A stretch of 64,000 nucleotides of DNA. It comes from Eledone cirrhosa. Its lineage: Eukaryota. Below, one piece after another: positions 49,624 to 60,239 of the stretch. The notes below the pieces were generated by a model. It was not told the DNA's origin, searched no databases, and worked only from the letters and a program-made list of their open reading frames with translations. Position numbers and translations under genes: made by a program. How positions within the stretch are numbered: the stretch's first letter is position 1; every line of letters begins with the position of its first letter. The DNA is taken from contig OZ024740.1 of assembly GCA_964016885.1 (NCBI GenBank), forward strand, positions 16,120,001-16,184,000, given 5' to 3'.

Positions 49624-52149
49624 GATAGACAGCAGAAGGTCTTCAGAGAAGAAACACAGGAGAGCTGGACAGCAGAAGGTCTTTAGAGAAGAAATTCTCA
49701 GGAGAGCTAGACAGCAGAAGGTCTTCAGAGAGGAAACTGTCAGGGGAGCTGGACAGCAGAAGGTCTTTAGAGCAGAAACTGTCAGGAGAGCTGGACATCA
49801 GAAGGTCTTCAGAGAAGAAACTCTCAGGAGAGCTGGACAGTAGAAGGTCTTTAGAGAAGAAACTCTCAGGAGAGCTGGACAGCAGAAGGTCTTCAGAAAA
49901 GAATCTCTCATGAGAGCTGGACAGCAGAAGGTCTTCAGAGAAGAAACTCTCAGGAGAGCTAGACAGCAGAAGGTCTTCAGAGAAGAAACTCAGGAGAGCT
50001 AGACAGCAGAATGTCTTCAGAGAAGAAACTCTCGGGAGTGCTGGACAGCAGAAGGTCTTAAGAGAAGAAACTCTCAGGAGAGCTAGACAGCAGAAGGTCT
50101 TCAGAGAAGAAACTCTCAGGAGAGATGGACAGCAGAAGGTCTTCAGAGAAGAAGCTCTCGGGAGAGTTGGACAGCAGAAGGTCTTCAGAGAAGAATCTCT
50201 CAGGAGAGCTAGTCAGCAGAAGGTCTTTAGAGAAGAAACTCTCAGGAGAGCTAGACAGCAGATGGTCTTCAGAGAAGAAACTCTCAGGAGAGCTGGATAG
50301 CAGAAGGTCTTCAGAGAAGAAACTCTTGGGAGAGCTGGACAGCAGAAGGTCTTCAGAGAAGAAACTGTCAGGAGACCTGGACAGCTGAAGGTCTTTAGAG
50401 AAGAAACTCTCAGGAGAGCTAGACAGCAGAAGGTCTTCAGAGAAGAAACTCTCAGGAGAGCTGGATAGCAGAAGGTCTTCAGAGAAGAAACTCTCAGGAG
50501 GGCTGGACAGCAGAAGGTCTTCACAGAAGAAACTCTCAGTAGAGCTAGACAGCAGAAGGTCTTCAGAGATGAAACTGTCAGGAGAGCTGGACAGTAGGTC
50601 TTCAGCGAAGAAACTCTCGGGAGAGCTGGACAGCAGAAGGTCTTTAGAGAAGAAACTCTCAGGAGAGCTGGACAGTAGAAGGTCTTTAGAGAAGAAACAC
50701 TCAGGAGAGCTGGACAGCAGAAGGTCTTCAGAATACAAACTGTCATGAGAGCTGGACAGCAGAAGGTCCTCAGAGAAGAAACTCTCACGAGAGCTGGACA
50801 GCAGAAGGTCTTCAGAGAAGAAGCACTCGGGAGAGCTGGACAGCAGAAGGTCTTCAGAGAAGAAACTCGCAGGAGAGCTAGACAGCAGAAGGTCTTCAGA
50901 GAAGAAACTCTCAGGAGAGCTGGACAGCAGAAGGTCTTTAGAGAAGAAACTCTCAGGAGAGATAGACAGCAGAAGGTCTTCAGAGAAGAAACTCTCAGGA
51001 GAGCTAGACAGCAGAAGGTCTTCAGAGGAGAAACTCTCAGGAGAGATAGACATCAGAAGGTCTTCAGAGAAGAAACTGTCAGAAGAGCTGGACAGCAGAA
51101 TGTCTTCAAAGAAGAAACTCTCAGGAGAGCTGGACAGCAGAAGGTCTTTAGAGAAGAAACTCTCAGGAAAGCTGGACAGCAGAAGGTCTTCATAGAAGAA
51201 ACTCTCAGGAGAGCTGGACAGCAGAAGGTCTTCAGAGAAGAAACTCTTAGGAGAGATAGACAGCAGAAGGTCTTCAGATAAGAAACTCTCAAGTGAGCTG
51301 GACAGCAGAAGGTCTTGAGAGAAGAAACTCTCAGGAGAGCTAGACAGCAGAAGGTCTTCAGAGAAGAAACTCTCAGGAGAGCTGGACAGCAGAAGGTCTT
51401 TAGAGAAGAAACTCTCAGGAGAGCTGGACAGCAGAAGGTCTTCAGAGAAGAAACTGTCAGGAGCGCTGGACAGCAGAAGGTCTTCAGAGAAGAAACTCTC
51501 AGCAGAGCTAGACAGTGGAAGGTCTTCAGAGGAGAAACTCTCAGTAGAGATAGACACCAGAAGGTCTTCAGAGAAGAAACTCTCAGGAGAGCTGGACAGC
51601 AGAAGGTCTTCAGAGAAGAAACTCTCAGGAGAGCTGGACAGCAGAAGGTCTTCAGAGAAGAAACTCGCAGGAGAGCTGGATAGCAGAAGGTCTTCAGAGA
51701 AGAAACTCACTGGAGAGCTGGACAGCAGAAGGTCTTTAGAGAAGAAACACTCAGGAGAGCTAGACAGCAAAAGGTCTTCAGAGAAGAAACCGTCAGGAGA
51801 GCTGGACAGCAGAAGGTCTTTAGAGAAGAAACTGTCAGGAGAGCTGGACATCAGAAGGTCTTTAGAGAAGAAACTCTCAGGAGAGCTGGACAGTAGAAGG
51901 TCTTCAGAGAAGAAACTGTCAGGAGAGCTGGACAGCAGAAGGTCTTCAGAGAAGAAACTCTCAGGAGAGCTAGACATCAGAATGTCTTCAGAGAAGATAC
52001 TCTCACGAGAGCTGGACAGCAGAAGGTCTTCAGAGAAGGAACTCTCAGGAGAGCTGGACAGCAGAAGGTCTTCAGAGAAGAAACTCTCAGGAGAGCTGGA
52101 CAGCAGAAGGTCTTTAGAGGAGAAACTCTCAGGAGAGCTAGACAGCAGA

Positions 52150-55100
52150 AGGTCTTCAGAGAAGAAACTCTCCGGAGAGCTGGACAGCAGAAGGTCTTCA
52201 GAGAAGAAACTCTGAGGAGAGCTAGACAGCAGAAGGTCTTCAGAGAAGAAACTCTGAGAAGAGTTGTACAGTAGGTTTTCAGAGAAGAAACCGTCAGAAG
52301 AGCTGGACATCAGAAGGTCTTTAGAGAAGAAACTCTCAGGAGAGCTGGACAGCAGAAGGTCTTCAGAGAAGAAACTGTCAGGAGAGCTGGACAGCAGAAG
52401 GTCTTCAGAGAAGAAACTCTCAGGAGAGCTAGACAGCAGAATGTCTTCAGAGAAGATACTCTCACGAGAGCTGGACAGCAGAAGGTCTTTAGAGAAGAAA
52501 CTCTCAGGAGAGCTGGACAGCAGAAGGTCTTCAGATAAGAAACTGTCAGGACAGCTGCACAGCAGAAGGTCTTTAAAGGAGAAACTCTCAGGAGAGCTGG
52601 ACAGCAGACGGTCTTCAGAAAAGAAACTCTCAGGACAGCTAGATAGCAGAAGGTCTTCAGAGAAGAAACTATCACGAGAGCTGGACAGCAGAAGGTCTTC
52701 AGAAAAGAAACTCTCAGGAGAGCTAGACAGCAGAAGGTCTTCAGAGAAGAAACTCTCACGAGAGCTGGACAGCAGAAGGTCTTCAGAGAAGAAGCTCTCG
52801 GGAGAGCTGTACAGCAGAAGGTCTTCAGAGAAGAAACTCTCAGGAGAGCTGGACAGCAGAAGGTCTTCAGAGAAGAAACTGTCAGGACAGCTGGACAGCG
52901 GAAGGTCTTTAGAGAAGAAACTCTCAGGAGAGCTGAACAGCAGAAGGTCTTCAGAGAAGAAACTCTCGGGAGAGCTGGACAGCAGGTCTTTAGAGAAGAA
53001 ACTCTCAGGAGAGCTAGACAGCAGAAGGTCTTCAGAGAAGAAACTGTTATGAGAGCTGGACAGCAGAAGGTCTTTAGAGAAGAAACTGTCAGGACAGCTG
53101 CACAGCAGAAGGTCTTTAAAGGAGAAACTCTCAGGAGAGCTGGACAGCAGACGGTCTTCAGAAAAGAAACTCTCAGGAGAGCTAGATAGCAGAAGGTCTT
53201 CAGAGAAGAAACTATCACGAGAGCTGGACAGCAGAAGGTCTTCAGAAAAGAAACTCTCAGGAGAGCTAGACAGCAGAAGGTCTTCAGAGAAGAAACTCTC
53301 ACGAGAGCTGGACAGCAGAAGGTCTTCAGAGAAGAAGCTCTCGGGAGAGCTGTACAGCAGAAGGTCTTCAGAGAAGAAACTCTCAGGAGAGCTGGACAGC
53401 AGAAGGTCTTCAGAGAAGAAACTGTCAGGACAGCTGGACAGCGGAAGGTCTTTAGAGAAGAAACTCTCAGGAGAGCTGAACAGCAGAAGGTCTTCAGAGA
53501 AGAAACTCTCGGGAGAGCTGGACAGCAGGTCTTTAGAGAAGAAACTCTCAGGAGAGCTAGACAGCAGAAAGTCTTCAGAGAAGAAACTGTAATGAGAGCT
53601 GGACAGCAGAAGGTCTTTAGAGAAGAAACTGTCAGGAGAGCTGGACAGCAGAAGGTCTTTAGAGAAGAAACTCTCAGGAGAGCTGGACAGCAGAAGGTCT
53701 TCAGAGAAGAAACTCTCAGGAGAGCTGGACAGTAGAAGGTCTTTAGAGAAGAAACTCTCAGGATAGCTGGACAGCAGAAGGTCTTCAGAAAAGAATCTCT
53801 CATGAGAGCTGGACAGCAGAAGGTCTTTAGAGAAGAAACTCTCAGGAGAGCTAGACAGCAGAAGGTCTTCAGAGAAGAAACTCTCAGGAGAGCTGGATAG
53901 CAGAAGGTCTTCAGAGAAGGAACTCTTGGGAGAGCTGGACAGCAGAAGGTCTTTAGAGAAGAAACTCTCAGGAGAGCTAGACAGCAGAAGGTCTTCAGAG
54001 AAGAAACTCTAGAGAGAGCTGGACAGCAGAAGGTCTTCAGAGAACAAACTCAGGAGAGCTAGACAGCAGAATGTCTTCAGAGAAGAAACTCTCGGGAGTG
54101 CTGGACAGCAGAAGGTCTTTAGAGAAGAAACTCTCAGGAGAGCTAGACAGCAGAAGGTCTTCAGAGAAGAAACTCTCAGGAGAGATGGACAGCAGAAGGT
54201 CTTCAGAGAAGAAGCTCTCGGGAGAGTTGGACAGCAGAAGGTCATCAGAGAAGAATCTCTCAGGAGAGCTAGACAGCAGAAGGTCTTTAGAGAAGAAACT
54301 CTCAGGAGAGCTAGACAGCAGAAGGTCTTCAGAGAAGAAACTCTCAGGAGAGCTGGATAGCAGAAGGTCTTCAGAGAAGGAACTCTTGGGAGAGCTGGAC
54401 AGCAGAAGGTCTTTAGAGAAGAAACTCTCAGGAGAGCTAGACAGCAGAAGGTCTTCAGAGAAGAAACTCTCAGGAGAGCTGGATAGCAGAAGGTCTTCAG
54501 AGAAGAAACTCTCAGGAGAGCTGGCCAGCAGGAGGTCTTCAGAGAAGAAACTGTCAGGAGAGCTGGACAGTAGGTCTTCAGAGAAGAAACTGTCAGGAGA
54601 GCTGGACAGCAGAAGGTCTTTAGAGAAGAAACACTCAGGAGAGCTGGACAGCAGAAGGTCTTCAGAATACAAACTGTCATGAGAGCTGGACAGCAGAAGG
54701 TCCTCAGAGAAGAAACTCTCACGAGAGCTGGACAGCAGAAGGTCTTCAGAGAAGAAGCACTCGGGAAAGCTGGACAACAGAAGGTCTTCAAAGAAGAAAC
54801 TCGCAGGAGAGCTAGACAGCAGAAGGTCTTCAGAGAAGAAACTCTCAGGAGAGTTAGACAGCAGAAGGTCTTCAGAGAAGAAACTCTAGGGAGAGCTGGA
54901 CAGCAGAAGGACTTCAGAGAAGAAACTCAGGAGAGCTAGACAGCAGAACGTCTTCAGAGAAGAAACTGTAAGGAAAGCTGGAGAGCAGAAGGTCTTCAGA
55001 GAAGAAACTCTAAGGAGAGCTGGATAGCAGAAGGTCTTCAGAGAAGAAACTCTTGGGAGAGCAGGACAGCAGAAGGTCTTTAGAGAAGAATCTGTCAGGC

Positions 55101-58100
55101 GAGCTAGACAGCAGAAGATCTTCAGAGAAGAAACAGTCAGGAGAGCTGGACAGCAGAAGGTTTTAGAGAAGAAACTGTCAGGAGAGCGGGACAGTAGAAG
55201 ATCTTTAGAGACGAAACTCTCAGGAGAGCTGGAGAGTAGAAGGTCTTCAGAGAAGAAACTGTCATGAGACCTGGACAGCAGAAGTTCTTTAGAGAAGAAA
55301 CTCTCAGGAGAGCTGGCCAGCAGAAGGTCTTCAGAGAAGAAACTCTCCGGAGAGCTGGACAGCAGAAGGTCTTCAGAGAAGAAACTCTGAGGAGAGCTAG
55401 ACAGCAGAAGGTCTTCAGAGAAGAAACTCTGAGAAGAGTTGTACAGTAGGTTTTCAGAGAAGAAACCGTCAGAAGAGCTGGACATCAGAAGGTCTTTAGA
55501 GAAGAAACTCTCAGGAGAGCTGGACAGCAGAAGGTCTTCAGAGAAGAAACTGTCAGGAGAGCTGGACAGCAGAAGGTCTTCAGATAAGAAACTGTCAGGA
55601 CAGCTGCACAGCAGAAGGTCTTTAAAGGAGAAACTCTCAGGAGAGCTGGACAGCAGACGGTCTTCAGAAAAGAAACTCTCAGGACAGCTAGATAGCAGAA
55701 GGTCTTCAGAGAAGAAACTATCACGAGAGCTGGACAGCAGAAGGTCTTCAGAAAAGAAACTCTCAGGAGAGCTAGACAGCAGAAGGTCTTCAGAGAAGAA
55801 ACTCTCACGAGAGCTGGACAGCAGAAGGTCTTCAGAGAAGAAGCTCTCGGGAGAGCTGTACAGCAGAAGGTCTTCAGAGAAGAAACTCTCAGGAGAGCTG
55901 GACAGCAGAAGGTCTTCAGAGAAGAAACTGTCAGGACAGCTGGACAGCGGAAGGTCTTTAGAGAAGAAACTCTCAGGAGAGCTGAACAGCAGAAGGTCTT
56001 CAGAGAAGAAACTCTCGGGAGAGCTGGACAGCAGGTCTTTAGAGAAGAAACTCTCAGGAGAGCTAGACAGCAGAAGGTCTTCAGAGAAGAAACTGTTATG
56101 AGAGCTGGACAGCAGAAGGTCTTTAGAGAAGAAACTGTCAGGACAGCTGCACAGCAGAAGGTCTTTAAAGGAGAAACTCTCAGAAGAGCTGGACAGCAGA
56201 CGGTCTTCAGAAAAGAAACTCTCAGGAGAGCTAGATAGCAGAAGGTCTTCAGAGAAGAAACTATCACGAGAGCTGGACAGCAGAAGGTCTTCAGAAAAGA
56301 AACTCTCAGGAGAGCTAGACAGCAGAAGGTCTTCAGAGAAGAAACTCTCACGAGAGCTGGACAGCAGAAGGTCTTCAGAGAAGAAGCTCTCGGGAGAGCT
56401 GTACAGCAGAAGGTCTTCAGAGAAGAAACTCTCAGGAGAGCTGGACAGCAGAAGGTCTTCAGAGAAGAAACTGTCAGGACAGCTGGACAGCGGAAGGTCT
56501 TTAGAGAAGAAACTCTCAGGAGAGCTGAACAGCAGAAGGTCTTCAGAGAAGAAACTCTCGGGAGAGCTGGACAGCAGGTCTTTAGAGAAGAAACTCTCAG
56601 GAGAGCTAGACAGCAGAAAGTCTTCAGAGAAGAAACTGTAATGAGAGCTGGACAGCAGAAGGTCTTTAGAGAAGAAACTGTCAGGAGAGCTGGACAGCAG
56701 AAGGTCTTTAGAGAAGAAACTCTCAGGAGAGCTGGACAGCAGAAGGTCTTCAGAGAAGAAACTCTCAGGAGAGCTGGACAGTAGAAGGTCTTTAGAGAAG
56801 AAACTCTCAGGATAGCTGGACAGCAGAAGGTCTTCAGAAAAGAATCTCTCATGAGAGCTGGACAGCAGAAGGTCTTTAGAGAAGAAACTCTCAGGAGAGC
56901 TAGACAGCAGAAGGTCTTCAGAGAAGAAACTCTCAGGAGAGCTGGATAGCAGAAGGTCTTCAGAGAAGAAACTCTTGGGAGAGCTGGACAGCAGAAGGTC
57001 TTTAGAGAAGAAACTCTCAGGAGAGCTAGACAGCAGAAGGTCTTCAGAGAAGAAACTCTAGGGAGAGCTGGACAGCAGAAGGTCTTCAGAGAACAAACTC
57101 AGGAGAGCTAGACAGCAGAATGTCTTCAGAGAAGAAACTCTCACGAGAGCTGGACAGCAGAAGGTCTTCAGAAAAGAAACTCTCAGGAGAGCTAGACAGC
57201 AGAAGGTCTTCAGAGAAGAAACTCTCACGAGAGCTGGACAGCAGAAGGTCTTCAGAGAAGAAGCTCTCGGGAGAGCTGTACAGCAGAAGGTCTTCAGAGA
57301 AGAAACTCTCAGGAGAGCTGGACAGCAGAAGGTCTTCAGAGAAGAAACTGTCAGGACAGCTGGACAGCGGAAGGTCTTTAGAGAAGAAATTCTCAGGAGA
57401 GCTAGACAGCAGATGGTCTTCAGATAAGAAACTCTTAGGCGAGCTGGACAGCAGAAGGTCTTCAGAGAAGAAACTCAGGAGAGCTGGACAGCAGAAGGTC
57501 TTCAGAGAAGAAACTCTGAGGAGAGCTGGACAGCAGAAGGTCTTCAGAGAAGAAACTCTGAGGAGAGCTGTACAGTAGGTCTTCAGAGAAGAAACTCTCA
57601 GGAGAGATGGACAGCAGAAGGTCTTCAGAGAAGAAACTCTCAGGAGAGCTAGACAGCAGAAGGTCTTCAGAGAAGAAACTCTCAGGAGAGATGGACAGCA
57701 GAAGGTCTTCAGAGAAGAAGCTCTCGGGAGAGTTGGACAGCAGAAGGTCATCAGAGAAGAATCTCTCAGGAGAGCTAGACAGCAGAAGGTCTTTAGAGAA
57801 GAAACTCTCAGGATAGCTAGACAGCAGAAGGTCTTCAGAGAAGAAACTCTCAGGAGAGCTGGATAGCAGAAGGTCTTCAGAGAAGGAACTCTTGGGAGAG
57901 CTGGACAGCAGAAGGTCTTTAGAGAAGAAACTCTCAGGAGAGCTAGACAGCAGAAGGTCTTCAGAGAAGAAACTCTCAGGAGAGCTGGATAGCAGAAGGT
58001 CTTCAGAGAAGAAACTCTCAGGAGAGCTGGCCAGCAGGAGGTCTTCAGAGAAGAAACTGTCAGGAGAGCTGGACAGTAGGTCTTCAGAGAAGAAACTGTC

Positions 58101-58850
58101 AGGAGAGCTGGACAGCAGAAGGTCTTTAGAGAAGAAACACTCAGGAGAGCTGGACAGCAGAAGGTCTTCAGAATACAAACTGTCATGAGAGCTGGACAGC
58201 AGAAGGTCCTCAGAGAAGAAACTCTCACGAGAGCTGGACAGCAGAAGGTCTTCAGAGAAGAAGCACTCGGGAAAGCTGGACAACAGAAGGTCTTCAAAGA
58301 AGAAACTCGCAGGAGAGCTAGACAGCAGAAGGTCTTCAGAGAAGAAACTCTCAGGAGAGTTAGACAGCAGAAGGTCTTCAGAGAAGAAACTCTAGGGAGA
58401 GCTGGACAGCAGAAGGACTTCAGAGAAGAAACTCAGGAGAGCTAGACAGCAGAACGTCTTCAGAGAAGAAACTGTAAGGAAAGCTGGAGAGCAGAAGGTC
58501 TTCAGAGAAGAAACTCTAAGGAGAGCTGGATAGCAGAAGGTCTTCAGAGAAGAAACTCTTGGGAGAGCAGGACAGCAGAAGGTCTTTAGAGAAGAATCTG
58601 TCAGGCGAGCTAGACAGCAGAAGATCTTCAGAGAAGAAACAGTCAGGAGAGCTGGACAGCAGAAGGTTTTAGAGAAGAAACTGTCAGGAGAGCGGGACAG
58701 TAGAAGATCTTTAGAGACGAAACTCTCAGGAGAGCTGGAGAGTAGAAGGTCTTCAGAGAAGAAACTGTCATGAGACCTGGACAGCAGAAGTTCTTTAGAG
58801 AAGAAACTCTCAGGAGAGCTGGCCAGCAGAAGGTCTTCAGAGAAGAAACT
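52150..58850 (+). repeat. Two-copy HOR of ~3.0-3.5 kb, each copy containing a nested 543-bp (13-monomer) duplication
   Basis: ORF offsets 52264/55439 = 3175, 53803/56852 = 3049, 54679/58185 = 3506. CTGCAC (in GGACAGCTGCAC) at 52555/53098 and 55604/56147 (543 = 13x42-3). Confidence 0.87.
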
Positions 58851-60239
58851 CTCAGGAGAGCTAGACAGCAGAATGTCTTCTGAGATGAAACTGTCAGGAG
58901 AGCTGGACAGTAGGTCTTCAGAGAAGAAACTCTCGGGAGAGCTGGACAGCAGAAGGTCTTTAGAGAAGAAACTCTCAGGAGAGCTGGACAGTAGAAGGTC
59001 TTTAGAGAAGAAACTCTCAGGAGAGGTGGACAGCAGAAGGTCTTCAGAGAAGAAACTGTCAGGAGAGCTGGGCAGCAGAAGGTCTTTAGAGAAGAAACTC
59101 TCAGGAGAGCTGGACAGCAGAAGGTCTTCAGAAAACAAACTGTCATGAGAGCTGGACAGCAGAAGGTCTTCAGAGAAGAAACTCGCAGGAGAGCAAGACA
59201 GCAGAAGGTCTTTAGAGAAGAAACTCTCAGGAGAGATAGACAGCAGAAGGTCTTCAGAGAAGAAACTCTCAGGAGAGATGGACAGCAGAAGGTCTTCAGA
59301 GAAGAAACTCTCAGGAGAGCTGGATAGCAGAAGGTCTTCAGAGAAGAAACTCTCAGGAGAGCTGGACATCAGAAGGTCTTTAGAGAAGAAACTCTCAGGA
59401 GAGCCTTACAGCAGAAGGTCTTCAGAGAAGAAACTGTCAGGAGAGCTGGACAGCAGAAGGTCTTCAGAGAAGAAACTCTCAGGAGAGCTGGACAGCAGAA
59501 GTTCTTCAGAGAAGAAACTGTCAGGAGAGCTGGACAGCAGAAGGTCTTCAGAGAAGAAACTCTCAGGAGAGCTAGACAGCAGGATGTCTTCAGTGAAGTA
59601 ACTTTTGGGAGTGCTGGACAGCAGAAGGTCTTTAGAGAAGAAACTCAGGAGAGCTGGACAGCAGAAGGTCTTCAGAGAAGAAACTCTCAGGAGAGCTGGA
59701 CAGCAGAAGGTCTTCCGAGAAGAAACTGTGAGGAGAGCTGTACAGTAGGTCTTCAGAGAAGAAACTCTCAGGCGAGCTGGACAGCAGAAGGTCTTCAGAG
59801 AAGAAACTCTCAGGAGAGCTAGACAGCAGAAGGTCTTCAGAGGAGAAACTCTCAGGAGAGATAGACAGCAGAAGGTCTTCAGAGAAGAAACTCTCAGGAG
59901 AGCTGGACAGCAGAAGGTCTTCAGAGAAGAAACTCTCAGGAGAGCTGGACAGCAGAAGGTCTTCAGAGAAGAAACTCTTATGAGAGCTGGATAGCAGAAG
60001 GTCTTCAGAGAAGAAACTCTCAGGAGAGCTGGACAGCAGAAGGTCTTTAGAGAAGAAACTCTCAGGAGGGCTAGACAGCAGAAGGTCTTCAGAGAAGAAA
60101 CTGTCAGGAGAGTTGGACAGCAGAAGGTCTTTAGAGAAGAAACTGTCAGGAGAGCTGGACAGCAGAATATCTTTAGAGAAGAAACTCTCAGGAGAGCTGG
60201 ACAGCAGAAGGTCTTCAGAGAAGAAACTGTCAGGAGAGC

